Part shown: one piece after another, positions 20,725 to 34,284 of the stretch
How positions within the stretch are numbered: position 1 is the stretch's first letter
How the letters are laid out: the number at the start of each line of letters is the position of its first letter
Source: Opitutales bacterium
Lineage (GTDB): Bacteria > Verrucomicrobiota > Verrucomicrobiia > Opitutales > UBA2987
Direction of reading: 5' to 3'
Length of the DNA: 64,000 nucleotides
NCBI GenBank assembly: GCA_965226885.1
Contig: CBDDEL010000009.1
Location: forward strand, 64,001-128,000
The notes under the pieces: model-generated
Told to the model about the DNA's origin: nothing
Database searches by the model: none
What the model saw: only the letters and a program-made list of their open reading frames with translations
Position numbers and translations under genes: made by a program

Positions 20725-22052
20725 TGACGTGTACTGGATTTGTTGGACACGGGATTCTCTTATATTCATTGTTTATTGATTAGTGTGTCAGGCGGCTTGT
20801 TTTGGTAAAGGGTTTTGTTTTCTCGTTGCCCCCCATGGGGGGCAAATATTTTCCTCGAATTGGACTGGGCTTTGGTAACTCAGAGAGGAATGTTTGCGAT
20901 ATCGGTTGTAGAAGATTTCCACGTATTCGAAGACAGTTGATCGCAGTTCGCGCTCGTCGGCAAAGTGGCGGCCTCGAATCGTGCTGGTCTTGAAGCGGCC
21001 GTAGAACGATTCCATGGCCGCGTTGTCGTAGCAGTTGCCTTGGGCGCTCATGCTCGGCTTCATGCCTAGTTCAGAGACCAGCCTCTGATAGTCGTCGCTG
21101 GCGTAGGGGCTGCCCCGATCGCTGTGATGAATAATCCCGGTGCGCAGTGTGCCGCGGGTCATGGCCGCGGCTTTGAGGGCCTTGCCAACCAGCTTCGCGT
21201 CGTTGTGGTTGGAAACGCTCCAGCCCAGCAGGCGTCGGCTGAACAGGTCCATCACCGTGGCCAAGTACATCCAACCGGCCAGGGTCCGTAGGTAGGTCGT
21301 GTCCGCCACCCAGACCTCGTCGATATGGGTCGGCTGGCCATGCTTTTTAAGCACATTGGGGCTGTAACCATAGGGATGGTTACTGTTGGTTTTTAATGGC
21401 TTAAAGCGTTTACTCTGGGTGCTTTTGATTCCCATTTCACGCATCAGACGCAGAGCCCGGTCACGGCCGCAATCGATGCCCTCATCATCCTTCAGATGGC
21501 GGTGCATTGGCCGATGCCCATAGCGGCCCTTGGCCTCTTTGTGTACCTTCAGGATCGCCCCCTTGATTCCCTCGTCCTCGATCCGCCGGGCCGAGGGCGC
21601 TCGGTGCCTCCAGCAGTAATAGCCACTGCGACAAATCCCCATCGCCGAGCATATTTCCTCGATCTTGAAGCGCCCCTCGTTGTCTTTGACAAACTGGTAC
21701 TTCATTGTTCGTCCTTGGCAAAGTAGCCCACCGTTTTTTTTAGTATCTGGTTGATCCGCTCCGAGCGGCGCAGCTCTTTGCGAAGACGATCTATCTCGGC
21801 CGCCATCTCCTTCGGACTGCTCTGTCGCTTTGAGGTGGCTTCGCCCTGCTGATCGTCCAGATAGAGCCTCTTCCACCTATACAATTGGTTGGTGTTGACC
21901 CCAAGTTTGGTCGATACCTCGGTGGCGCTCAGACCATCGAGTATCATCAGTTGAACTGCCTCATTTTTGAACTCTATACTAAAGCGTCTTCTTCCCATGC
22001 TTCGATTCTCCATTTAGGAGAATCTCGTGTCCACTTTTTCCAGTGCACATCA
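20725..22052 (-). mobile_element. IS3-family element A, copy 2 (orfA 21702-22013, orfB 20788-21705)
   Basis: Complete 1328-bp copy; no flanking target duplication. Confidence 0.95.
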
Positions 22053-22239
22053 CAAATGGATAGTCTTTTATGCGGGATGTGATGGGACAGAATAATCCCA
22101 GGCCAATTCGCTTATTATAGGCTAATGGCGAAATTGTGATGGCGGGACGACGTCCTGACTGCTCATGACCGCGTTGAGGGTTGAAATCGAGCCATATAAT
22201 ATCTCCGCGCTTGGGCACATACGTTTTTTTAGCTACCAT
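22053..22239 (-). pseudogene. mazF: MazF/PemK toxin truncated by IS3 element A
   Basis: YVPKRGDIIWLDFNPQRGHEQSGRRPA...CPITSRIKDYPF runs into the IS; the C-terminal half is absent on the far side. Confidence 0.9.
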
Positions 22240-23811
22240 TCTTCCCTCCCAATGGGCCCGCCACTCTCGATCTCCTCATGAATGTTTTCTTCGGTGACTT
22301 GCGATAAGAGTTCATTGAGGTCATATTCCGTTTTCTTTAACGGTTTTAGGACGATGCATCCGTCGGTGTCGGCAATTTCCAGGCCGGAACCCTCTTTTAG
22401 TTTGGCGGATCGAGCGATCCCGCTGGGTATCCTGACGGCAAGACTATTGCCCCATTTGCTAACTGAAATGGACGGGGAAAACTGGACAGTGGAATAAGGT
22501 GGTCTTGAACCACTAAATCCGCTAACCTATGAATGTTATTAAATCACGAAAGAGAAGACAATACAGTGCTGAGTTTAAAGCCCGAGTGGCCCTGGAAGCC
22601 ATCAGGGGCGCTCATACCATCAACGAGATCGCCGGTCGTTTTGAGGTGCATCCCAACCAGGTGACCCAATGGAAGAAGCAGCTTTTGCAGGGAGCAACGG
22701 AGCTGTTTTCGCGCCAGCGGCAGACTCTCAGCAAGGACAACGAGACGGAAAAAGATCACCTTTACCAGGAGATTGGAAAGCTGAAAGTAGAATGCGATTG
22801 GCTAAAAAAAAAGTCTGAACAATTCGGTTGGTGAGAGGCGCAAGATGGTGCAACCACTTCAAGGAAAAATCAGTATCGGCAGGCAATGTCAGTTGCTGGG
22901 GCTGGCCCGCGGCAGCTATTACTATCGGGCCCGTGCCCAGTGCGAGCAGAACGTTCTCTACATGCATCGCATGGATGAGCTCTACACCCAATATCCGTTT
23001 TTTGGTTCTCGCCGGATGACCCAGTGGCTGCGTCGAGAGGGCCATGCAGTGGGACGAGGCCGCATCCAGCGGCTCATGCGCCAAATGGGCCTGGAGGCTA
23101 TTTATCCGCGTCGAAACTTGAGCCAGGGGCACCGGCAGCACCGCATTTTCCCTTATCTGCTGCGGGGTTTGGCGGTCGAGCGGCCCGACCAGGTATGGTG
23201 CAGCGACATCACTTACCTGCGGCTGAGCCGAGGATTCCTTTTCTTGACCGTGGTGTTGGACTGGTTCAGCCGCTACGTGTTGAGCTGGCAGCTTTCCAAC
23301 ACCCTGGAGAGCCGCTTCTGTGTGCTCGCCCTGGAGGAAGCTCTGAGGCGGGCCCAACCTCAAATCTTCAACACCGATCAAGGCAGCCAGTTTACCGGCA
23401 GCGAGTTCACCTCGGTGCTGGGGCAAGCCGGGGTGCGCATCAGCATGGACGGGCGTGGCCGCTACCTGGACAACATATTTGTTGAACGCTTTTGGAGAAC
23501 CCTCAAGTATGAAGACATTTACCTGCGCGAATACGCCACGGCAAAGGAAGCCAGCGAAGGGATAGCCCGCTACCTGGACTTCTACAACCACCTGCGCCCC
23601 CACCAAGCCCTGGGCTACCGGACCCCGGCCGAAGTCCATGCAATCGGAGCAAAACCAACCTCCCCGCCAATACAGCTTGCGGGCACCTGCGTGCCCGTCT
23701 TTGGCTAAGGACAAAATATATTTTTAAAAAATAATATGAACACGATTTCCACCTTAATCCCACGTCAAAATTGTCCAAACAACCCCGTCCACTTCAAACC
23801 TTAACTTCCAT
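22233..23811 (-). pseudogene. mazE: MazE/AbrB antitoxin interrupted after codon 5 by IS3 element B
   Basis: Reconstructed as MEVKV|SKWGNSLAVRIPSGIARSAKLKEGS...EENIHEEIESGGPIGREEW; its stop overlaps the mazF start region. Confidence 0.92.
22464..23796 (+). mobile_element. IS3-family element B, copy 2 (orfA 22529-22834, orfB 22845-23708)
   Basis: Complete 1333-bp copy with 3-bp target duplication AAC (22461-22463 and 23797-23799). Confidence 0.95.
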
Positions 23812-24131
23812 GAGTATCCAATGTATCTACTTTTTTCGTACTGTCAATTGGCATTTCCGTCACTGGATACTGGATATTTTTACCACGGATTACGCGAATA
23901 GGCACAGATAAATAGGCACAGATATTGTGTTTAATTGCGTTTTTAGGTGATTTTTTGGATAATGAAGGGGTTGGGGAGTGCTGAAGATGCCTTTTGTGGG
24001 TGTTTTTTTGAAGTTTATTCAAACGCATCAAACGGAGCCAACCTATCCACTGACGGTTTGTTGTTTTTCTGATATCATGTTGCTCGTAACCATTTTTAAC
24101 AAACTACTAACCAAAATTTTTTTGACGACTG

Positions 24132-25937
24132 ATGAATCTTAATGATGACAATGCTATGAACTTACAGTTTTTAGAGAAGAACTTGAGGGGCTGTTGGCTC
24201 GGGTTTGCCCGTATTTTTGTTGGTGGCGTTTTGATTTTGATGGCCGGCGCCGGCGCGAGTGTGGCAATGGCGGCTGGCGAGAATGCTGTTATTATAAGCT
24301 CGATGGCGAGGTTCCACCCGGCCGAGGGGCGGCTGGGGATGGTGGCAACGCAGGAAGCCCATGCCACCAGGGCCGGGTTGGTTGTGTTGAAAGAGGGTGG
24401 CAATGCGGTGGACGCCGCCGTCACGGTGGGGTTTACCCTGGCCGTGACTTTGCCCCGCGCAGGGAATATTGCGGGGGGCGGGTTTATGCTGGTCCATCTG
24501 GCCGAAAGGGGGGAGACCATTGCCATCGACTACCGGGAGAAAGCCCCGGCAAGGGGTTTCCGGGACATGTTTCTGGATGAAAAGGGTGAGGCGGACGCGA
24601 ATAAATCCCGATATAGCCATCTTGCCGTGGGGGTGCCGGGAACGGTCAGGGGACTGGCCCTGGCTTTGGAGAAATATGGCAGCATTTCCCTTTTCCGGGC
24701 TTTGCAGCCAGCAATTGAATTGGCAGAAAACGGTTTTCCAATGAGCGAGGGAATGCGAAAATCCCTTCACGCGGCACGGGAGCGTTTGCAGACTTCGCCC
24801 GCCGCCAGGGAGGTGTTTTACAAAGCGGACGGCGGGTCGTATGAGGCCGGTGAAAATTTTATCCAGAAGGACCTGGCGGCAAGCCTTCGCATGATCGCAG
24901 AGAATGGCCCCGATGCTTTTTACGCGGGTTCCATCGCTGCCAAAATCGCCACCGACATGGAGTCACATAGCGGTCTCATTTCCCTGGAAGACCTGGCGGG
25001 TTACGAGGCGGTCATCCGTCCCGCGGTGAAGGGCCTTTACCGGGGTTACGAAGTTTTCTCAATGCCGCCGCCGAGTTCGGGAGGGGTGCATTTGGTGCAG
25101 ATTTTGAATTTGCTCGAACCCTATGATTTGAGGGCTATGGGGCAGAACTCCGCCGAGGCCATTCACTTGATGGCGGAAACGATGAAACTGGTTTATGCCG
25201 ACCGCTCCAAGCATTTGGGCGATCCTGATTATGCGCAGGTACCGGTGGAAGGATTGATTTCCAAAGAATACGCCCGTCATCTGCGGTCGAAAATCATGAG
25301 GGACCGAGCAACCCCGAGTGAGGCTATCGAGCCGGGTGCACCTCAAATGTTTGAGGAAAGCGAGGAAACGACTCATTTTTCCATCATTGACCGTTGGGGC
25401 AATGCGGTGGCCAATACCTATACTTTGAATTTGAGCTACGGGAGCCATTACATGGTGCCGGGGACTGGGTTTTTGCTCAATAATCAAATGGATGATTTTT
25501 CCGCCAAGCCGGATTCGCCCAATGCGTTCGGCTTGTTGGGGGGCGCCTTCAACGCAGTGGAGCCGGGCAAACGAATGCTCAGTTCGATGACGCCCACTAT
25601 CGTCCTGAAAGACGGCAAGCCCTTTTTAATAACAGGAGCAGCCGGAGGCAGCCGCATCATTTCCACCGTCACGCAGATCGTGGTGAACGTAATCGACCAT
25701 CAAATGAACATCGCTGAAGCCACTTACGCGCCTCGGGTCCATCATCAATGGCAGCCGGACGAACTGCGGGTGGAGACCGGCCTGAGCCCCGATACCATCA
25801 AATTACTGGAGGAGAAAGGGCACACTGTGGTCATAAAAAAGACGATGGGGGCAGCGCAAAGCATTCATGTGCGGTCCGGGAATATTAACGGCGCTTCCGA
25901 TCCGCGAAGGGAAGATGCGCTTACGGAAGGCTATTAG
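24132..25937 (+). CDS. ggt: Gamma-glutamyltransferase
   Basis: GGNAVDAA, ETTHFS (catalytic Thr), LLNNQMDDFS, PGKRMLSSMTPT; start codon uncertain. Confidence 0.95.
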   Translation: MNLNDDNAMNLQFLEKNLRGCWLGFARIFVGGVLILMAGAGASVAMAAGENAVIISSMARFHPAEGRLGMVATQEAHATRAGLVVLKEGGNAVDAAVTVGFTLAVTLPRAGNIAGGGFMLVHLAERGETIAIDYREKAPARGFRDMFLDEKGEADANKSRYSHLAVGVPGTVRGLALALEKYGSISLFRALQPAIELAENGFPMSEGMRKSLHAARERLQTSPAAREVFYKADGGSYEAGENFIQKDLAASLRMIAENGPDAFYAGSIAAKIATDMESHSGLISLEDLAGYEAVIRPAVKGLYRGYEVFSMPPPSSGGVHLVQILNLLEPYDLRAMGQNSAEAIHLMAETMKLVYADRSKHLGDPDYAQVPVEGLISKEYARHLRSKIMRDRATPSEAIEPGAPQMFEESEETTHFSIIDRWGNAVANTYTLNLSYGSHYMVPGTGFLLNNQMDDFSAKPDSPNAFGLLGGAFNAVEPGKRMLSSMTPTIVLKDGKPFLITGAAGGSRIISTVTQIVVNVIDHQMNIAEATYAPRVHHQWQPDELRVETGLSPDTIKLLEEKGHTVVIKKTMGAAQSIHVRSGNINGASDPRREDALTEGY

Positions 25938-25948
25938 CATTACGTTGA

Positions 25949-27352
<1,404 letters not shown>

Positions 27353-27365
27353 TTAAAAAATAACT

Positions 27366-27848
27366 TTACTCCTGGCCCTCATTAATCATACGGGTCCATT
27401 CCAATCGGGCCTTAATCATATAGGCTTTCGGGTTTTTTTTCCAGATTTCGAGGATTTCCCGGTTTTTCATGACGTAGAGCTTTCCGTCCTCGATAAAAAA
27501 AGCTTCTGGATCGCAGGTAACCGCCTCCCCTTTAGCAACGGCCAGGGCGCAATAACCGCCGAAGGTGGGCGCATATTTTTCAGGGTACTTTTTGAACAGA
27601 CGCATGTTGGACTTTGAGTGAAACCTCCATACCGCCCCATGCCATTCAATGCTGTTGGCGGGGCTGCCTTTGACCGGTCTGCTATTTAAGAAATAAGCCA
27701 CCGTGTCGTAGCCGCTTAAAGCAATATTTTCCTGGGATACACTGATGGGGCGGAATCCCACCAGCAATGGGCCGAAAATGCCCACCGTCAGCAGCAAATA
27801 GAGGTTAAGCGGCCATCGGGACTTGCCTTTGTTGATTTGAAAATTCAT
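27366..27848 (-). CDS. YHS-domain protein
   Basis: ALSGYDTVAYF, YAPTFGGYCA and DGKLY motifs. Confidence 0.85.
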   Translation of the reverse strand: MNFQINKGKSRWPLNLYLLLTVGIFGPLLVGFRPISVSQENIALSGYDTVAYFLNSRPVKGSPANSIEWHGAVWRFHSKSNMRLFKKYPEKYAPTFGGYCALAVAKGEAVTCDPEAFFIEDGKLYVMKNREILEIWKKNPKAYMIKARLEWTRMINEGQE

Positions 27849-27877
27849 GGGAATCGTGAGTTTCGCCCGCTATATTA

Positions 27878-30828
27878 GAGGCTGTCCCAAAAATATAAAG
27901 ATTTTATAGTCAACTGGATGACGTTGATAGAAAGAGCCGGAAAGAGCAAGTTTTTGCTCGATCCGGCCAAAAAAGGGTTCTATAATTGAGTTAGCGAAAA
28001 TCAATATAGCCCTTTCTATGAAAAATATAGCCATCCAATGCCTCCTGCGTCCAGCTTTAACTGTGGTCGACCGGTGCCTCGATTACGATAACTTCCGCGC
28101 CACCATTGATCGAATCGATCGGCTGCTGATCGACTCGGAGGTGGAATCGCAGGCCATTGAGCTGGCCTTGGAGGGGTGGCAGCCAATGGGTCTAAAGGCC
28201 CGGCGGCAGCGGGCCAGTTTTGCCATCAAGGCACTGCGCATGGATACGCTGGGCCGTCTGCTCGGAGGGATTTCGTTTCGGCATTTGTCGCGGGCTCTGG
28301 GCAGCAGCGATCTGTTGGCCGACTTTTGCCGTGTCCGGCAGATCGATGGCATCAGGGGCATCTCCAAAAGCACCCTGGAGCGGGCCTCGAAGTTTTTCAG
28401 CGAAGAGCAGTTGAGGGCCTTGCACCGGACCTTGACTGAGGTGGTGGGCGATGCCCTTCTGGCCCGGCAGGTGGGATTGGACAAGCCGATTGACACCACC
28501 ATTTGCCTGATCGACGGCACCTGTTTGGAGGCTAACATTCATTGGCCGACGGACTGGGTATTATACCAAATCTCATTAGGTATGATAATAAGTTATTTGG
28601 CAGAAGCGTTTGCTTGAATGTGCTGCCAGCCTCCGCCAACTAAAGAGAGGACTTTTTCAGTGTCCTCCCACCAGTCTTTGAGATGGGTTGCGACGACTTC
28701 TTCGAGTCGCTCAATGCTCGGCCACAGTTTGTTGGCCGTTTGATCCTGTATCATATCCCAAAGTCTTTCAATCGGGTTGAGTTCAGGACTATACGGCGGC
28801 AGATTCACGATATGTATGCCCGGGGGGACGTTGGGGTGCTCCGAGTCGTGCGGATGGAAGCCTGCCCCGTCCCATACAACCACATGTTCCTCCTCAGGAT
28901 ATTGCTTTTTGATCTGTTGGAGGAAAGCCTCCGTCCACTGTAGATTCGTGCTAGGGGTTTGGATGCATACCATCTCGCCGTTGACCACGTCGAGGGCTCC
29001 GTAACAGTAGCTCCACTGGTATCTTGTCTGATATTTTTTGTGCGGCCGAAGCCCTCTTTGCGTCCAGCACCGGCGGTACACCGGAAGCAAACCAAAACGG
29101 CTTTCATCGGCAAACCACACCCGAACCCGATTGCCTCGGGTGAGGGAAAGCTCCTGGAGGATCTTAAAAAAGTCTCGCTTGAACGCTTCCGCTTTTGCCG
29201 AGTCCCGTTTCTCATGCACGGGGCGAGGGACTCGAAGCACCCCGGCGCATTTTTTTAGCCATCGCCACACCGTCTTGTAGGCGAAGGAGCGCCCGAAATG
29301 TCGCTCCAGCTCTTGCCCCGCCTGAACGGCTGTGTTCCAGCGCGCGACCTTCAAACCATTGAGCAAGAAGGCCTCCACCTCTTTGTCGCAACGGCTTTTG
29401 ATCCCGCCTTTGTAGGCGCGTGTAAGCACCGCCCCGAGCCCTGCAGCACGATATTTGTCAAACCAACGCTGGATCGTCGCTTTGCCTCGGCCCACGATGG
29501 CTCCAATTTCATCAATGCTGTGGTGCGGCTGGAAGCCCATTTTTAATGCCACCAAACGCTCTTTACGCCAGCCGACAGCCTCTTTGTTGAGCAATTTCTT
29601 GATACGTTCACGGTCTTCATCGGTTCCCATATATCTTCTCATTCCGCCTTTATAGCTGTTTTTTAATCTTTATCAATCCTTTTGCGATTTGGTATTACTC
29701 AAGGATGTAGCCGGCACGTTGCTCAAAGCGATCCGGCTGATCCGCGAGAAGGCCGGTTTGCGCCATCGCATGCCGATCGAACCGGAGCCCTTGGCTCGGC
29801 AGATGAATCGGCTGTGCATACAGATGACCCACAGCCGGCGGCGAAAGGACAGCGCGCGGCAGCGCAAGGGTATCTTGAGGCAGATGAAAAAGCTGCTCAA
29901 ACGGATCGGGGAGCATGCCCGCAGTCACCGGGAATTATTGCAAGCCTGCTGGGAGCAAAGCGATTACAGCGAAAAACAGGTCCAACAGATCCTCGCCCGG
30001 ATGGAGCGCATGAGCGAGCAAATCCCGGTGGTCATCAAACAGGCGCACGAGCGGATCATTGGCGGCCGCCAGGTGAAAAACGCAGAGAAAGTCTTGAGTG
30101 TTTACGAACTCGATGTGCAGGTGATTGTGCGAGGTAAAGCGGGCCAAGAGGTCGAGTTCGGCAACACCCTGTTTTTGGGAGAAAGCGTTGAAGGGTACCT
30201 GCTGGACTGGAAACTCTACGGCAGCCGAACTCCAAGCGAAAATGAACAGATGCAAGAGAGTTTGCAAAGACAGAACCGCTTCAACCTGGAAGAACCCATA
30301 GCGGCCATGTGCGCGGACCGGGGATTTGCCTCCCAGCGGGCCCGCCGGCAGTTAGCCCAGGAGGGAATCTACGACGCGCTCTGTCCACGCGATCCGAAGC
30401 AGTTGAAAAAACGGATGGAGGAACCACTGTTCAGACAATTGCAAAAGCGCCGGGCCAGCACCGAAGGGCGGATCGGGGTATTGAAGAATCGCTGGCAGGC
30501 CGGGCGGTTGCGCAGCAAAGGCTTTGCCAACCGCTCGATCAGCGTAGCCTGGTCGGTACTCTCGCACAACCTATGGAAAGTAGCCAAGATGCTGGCCCAG
30601 CAAGACGAACTAAAAACCAAAGCGGCGGCCTAGAGAGCGGAAAAGCAAGGACAATACTTTTTCACAGCCGTACTGTCGGCTCATACAAAGAAAACCAGGC
30701 AACCGGACCCCAAAACCAGTATCCTAACGTCATAGGAGAGCAAAGTTGATACTCTCCCAAATGCAAATACCTCTAAAATGAGCGCCTATCAAAAGCCCTC
30801 GCAAAAATCACCCTTTTGGGACAGCCTC
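27878..30828 (+). mobile_element. IS5/ISNCY-like element, copy 1 (1817 bp without its insert); transposase 28018-30633 split by IS630 element B
   Basis: Inverted repeats GAGGCTGTCCCAAAA / TTTTGGGACAGCCTC; 7-bp target duplication TATATTA; motifs DGTCLEANIHWPTD, RGKAGQEVEFG, ADRGF. Confidence 0.9.
28564..29694 (-). mobile_element. IS630-family element B (1131 bp), intact transposase 28593-29642
   Basis: Ends TACCAAATC / GATTTGGTA flanked by duplicated TTA; motifs FADESRFG, WDGAGFH, YSPELNPIERLW. Confidence 0.92.
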
Positions 30829-31102
30829 TATATTACAAAATCTATCCCTTGACTCAAGTTAAGATACGGACCTTTTGAACGGACATCTACTCAATAATCT
30901 ATTCGACGCTCGAAAACCGGAATCCTTACAAATATGGATGCCCTGTTTGTTTAGACTTTTGTAAAAGGAAAAGTGGCCCGAACTGTCAAGCCAATCAAAC
31001 TCCATCTTCGCCCGAATTTATTTTAATTTTCCCGAATAAGAGCGATGTTATTAATTTTAAGTGGACAACTCGTGTAGTTTAAATTTTAAGATTGGCCCAA
31101 CA

Positions 31103-31348
31103 ATGGATAAAGATAAAGCAACCGAAAAACTCGTCTCCAGGAAAGGGCTGATCATCGATTTGGTTTTGGCCGCAATGTGGTTTGTTTTTTTTGCGTTCAT
31201 TTTGCGCCCCCATGTGCCGGCGCAATCCGAAACCTACCAGATAGTCATCGCCATCTTTACCTCCTCCTGTCTGACGGGAGTTTTCTGGATCGCCCTTTCC
31301 ATGTTCAGGGTAGTCCGGGTTGACTATATGCGGCGGGCCAACGACTGA
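31103..31348 (+). CDS. Small membrane protein (two predicted helices)
   Basis: ORF beginning MDKDKATEK with two hydrophobic stretches. Confidence 0.6.
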   Translation: MDKDKATEKLVSRKGLIIDLVLAAMWFVFFAFILRPHVPAQSETYQIVIAIFTSSCLTGVFWIALSMFRVVRVDYMRRAND

Positions 31349-31392
31349 ATTTTCCGTTCAGCAACAATTTCGTTTGTAAGATGTTCCGGTGA

Positions 31393-33462
31393 TCAAGCAT
31401 CGGCCATGGCCGTCGAGTTCAGGGTTCGTTTGTAAAGGTAATAGATCACAGCCAAGGTGAACAATAGCCCTGGATAAGCCGCCCACGGCTGTTCCCCAGG
31501 CATGCGATCCTGAAAATAGACCGCCGCCCCGGCAATCAGAACCCCCATCAAGGCCTCTCCTGTGATCAGACCTGAGGCTAGTAACAGCCCTGAATTGGCC
31601 CGCATCTGCTGCAATTCAGGCGACAGCGGTTTCGATTTGCGCTGTACCAGAAGAGACAGCAAACCCCCTGTAAAAATGGGTACGGACAATCCCAAGGGCA
31701 GGTAAATACCCACCGCCACGGCCAATACCGGTAACCGGAAGGAAGATCCGCGCCGGGCCTGGATCACATCCAGAATGATGCAGGCCACGGCCAGGCCGAA
31801 ACCCATGAAAATGAATTTCCAGTTGATGCCGGCTCCGAATATGCCCGTGGCCAGGTCCCGCATCAACCCCGCCTGCGGCGCCGACAAGGCCACAGCGCCC
31901 TCTCGGATGGGTCGGCCGATTCCCTGCCCGGCGTCCAGTATCTGCAAAATCAAGGGGATGACGGCGGCTGCCGAAACGACTCCGACAACCTGAAAAATCT
32001 GCTGTTTCCAAGGGGTTGCGCCGACTATGTGGCCGCATTTCAGGTCCTGCATATTGTCCCCTGCAATGGCCGCTCCGGAACAGATCAAACCCGCCATATA
32101 GATTACCGCTATCGGTCCCAGTGTGGCGGCGAGCCCCGTGTTTCCCATCAACTGTAGCAGGATGAGCGCGGAAACCACCACCGTGGCAATGGTCACTCCT
32201 GAAATCGGGTTATTGGAACTGCCCACCAGACCCGACATGTATCCGGCAACCGAACTGAAGACAAACCCGAACACCAACATAAGCGCTGTCATGATGACCG
32301 CTATCATCAATTTGTCGGGATAGTCCCCCAAAACAGTGTAAAATATTGCGAAAACTGGAACCACGCTCAAGAGTACCACCCAGCCCACGTAATTGATGGG
32401 AGTATCGAATTCCGTCCGGGCCAGTTCCGCGCCGCGGCCCGAGGAAACCGCCCGGTAGGCCGAAAGGCTCGATTTCATGCCTTGCACAATGGGTTTGCAC
32501 AGGGAGATCAAAGACCACAGTCCGCCCACCATCATGGCGCCCACCCCGATGCGGCGGCAATTTTGCCAGGACTCCCCGGCCAGGTTGTTCCAGTCATCAG
32601 TGGTTAGTGCCGCCCAAGGCGTGGACGGGTCGATTCCCACCGCCACCATCAAGGCGTGGCTGTTAAAGAGCCAATTGAGCGGAACACCGATGATCGTGCC
32701 GATGACGCCGCCGGCAAAGACCAGCATGGCGATATTGAAGCCCACGATATAGCCCACCCCGATGAGGGCCGGGCTGAGGGTAATGTTGCCCATAAACAGA
32801 TACTTTCCCTTCAGCCAGGCTGCGGTGGCGGCCACGTTTCCGGGCAGTAGGCCGAAACCGGATTCAAATAGTTTAAAAGCCCCCCCGATGGCAGTTGCCT
32901 GAATCAACATGCGAAACCCGGCCGTGGAGGCCGAATCGCCCCCCGATTGGCCCCGGGTATGCTCGATTCCGCCGGTTTTCAAAACCTCCGCCGTGGCCAC
33001 GCCTTCCGGAAATTTCAAACGCGCCTCGATAATGAGGGCCTTTCGCAATGGGATAGTGAAGGCCACCCCAAGAATTCCGCCCACTATGGCGATGGCCACA
33101 ATGGGCCAGTATCGATACGTTTCCCAGGCCCCCATCATGACCAGCGCCGGAATCGTAAAAATCATGCCGGCAACGAGGGATTCCCCCGCCGAAGCCGAAG
33201 TCTGCACCAGGTTGTTCTCCAGGATATTGGTTCGCCGGCAGCACCGCAGGACGCCCATCGAAACCGCCGCCGCAGGTATCGACGCAGATACGGTCAAACC
33301 CACCAGTAAACCGATATAAGCATTGGCCGCGGCCAGCGTCATGGAAAGGATCACGCCCAATATAAGCGCTTTAACGGTGATCTCAGTCAGCCGGGTATCG
33401 GGATCAACCAGTGGAGGCGGGAAAGCGTTATTATTGTAATTGTTTTCTTTCTCGTGAGGCAT
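31393..33462 (-). CDS. OPT-family oligopeptide transporter
   Basis: GLTVSASIPAAAVS, ENNLVQTSASAGES, FPEGVATAEVL, DNMQDLKCGHIVGATPWKQQ. Confidence 0.93.
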   Translation of the reverse strand: MPHEKENNYNNNAFPPPLVDPDTRLTEITVKALILGVILSMTLAAANAYIGLLVGLTVSASIPAAAVSMGVLRCCRRTNILENNLVQTSASAGESLVAGMIFTIPALVMMGAWETYRYWPIVAIAIVGGILGVAFTIPLRKALIIEARLKFPEGVATAEVLKTGGIEHTRGQSGGDSASTAGFRMLIQATAIGGAFKLFESGFGLLPGNVAATAAWLKGKYLFMGNITLSPALIGVGYIVGFNIAMLVFAGGVIGTIIGVPLNWLFNSHALMVAVGIDPSTPWAALTTDDWNNLAGESWQNCRRIGVGAMMVGGLWSLISLCKPIVQGMKSSLSAYRAVSSGRGAELARTEFDTPINYVGWVVLLSVVPVFAIFYTVLGDYPDKLMIAVIMTALMLVFGFVFSSVAGYMSGLVGSSNNPISGVTIATVVVSALILLQLMGNTGLAATLGPIAVIYMAGLICSGAAIAGDNMQDLKCGHIVGATPWKQQIFQVVGVVSAAAVIPLILQILDAGQGIGRPIREGAVALSAPQAGLMRDLATGIFGAGINWKFIFMGFGLAVACIILDVIQARRGSSFRLPVLAVAVGIYLPLGLSVPIFTGGLLSLLVQRKSKPLSPELQQMRANSGLLLASGLITGEALMGVLIAGAAVYFQDRMPGEQPWAAYPGLLFTLAVIYYLYKRTLNSTAMADA

Positions 33463-33552
33463 GGCATCAGGTTCTTAACTTAATCAAATCAGGGGGCGCC
33501 AGGAGATTTTGAGATTGATGATATTGCTATATTTTCGCCGCGTCTTCTGTGA

Positions 33553-33963
33553 TTAAAAAGGCTTCAACACGGCGAGATAAATGATCGGAATAAAAATGAG
33601 CAAACTGAATTCATTGAAAATCCGGTAGAAAACGCCGGGTCTGATTTTGCCCCGCTGAAAATCCCTCATGAAAACATAGCACAGCCAATGGTAAATCATG
33701 AGCAATCCGACAAAAACGAGTTTGGCATGCATCCACCCACCCGTGATGCCGTAGCCCAGCCACAGCCACAACCCGAACCCCAAAGCTAGCATTGAGATGA
33801 TCGACATAAATCGAAAAAGCCGGAACTCCATGATGACCAACCGACGCACATCCTGGCCCTCCTTCAGGGCCTCAGCATGATGCACAAAAATCCTCGGTAA
33901 ATAAAATATGCCGGCCATCCAACTGGTAAAAAACAAAATGTGAAACGCTTTAACCCACAACAT
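33553..33963 (-). CDS. hemJ: HemJ-type protoporphyrinogen oxidase (UPF0093)
   Basis: MLWVKAFHI...WMAGIFYLPRIFVHH, GWMHAKL, YRIFNE...LKPF. Confidence 0.85.
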   Translation of the reverse strand: MLWVKAFHILFFTSWMAGIFYLPRIFVHHAEALKEGQDVRRLVIMEFRLFRFMSIISMLALGFGLWLWLGYGITGGWMHAKLVFVGLLMIYHWLCYVFMRDFQRGKIRPGVFYRIFNEFSLLIFIPIIYLAVLKPF

Positions 33964-34284
33964 GATTCTATTATATTCTATTTCCGTATCCGATCCGTTT
34001 TTAATCAATTCGTTTGATATTAATGCAATATGATTGTAGCACCCCTCCATGACCCCGTAAATGACGTTTGGGGCTAAGTTGGCAGGCTTTCCCCACCAGG
34101 GCAACCCCTCTTATACAGCATAAATTGGAAAATCTTGGTCAATAATCGGTTCCGAATTAGACTTATTCCTCAAATCCCGACCCATACACGGGATTCTCCG
34201 CGATTTTTTTATATTTTCCGTCTGGCAAGTCAATTTGTCTTAGTCATACATTCATTTGCGAAACGAATTTCCAAAAAACAATAA

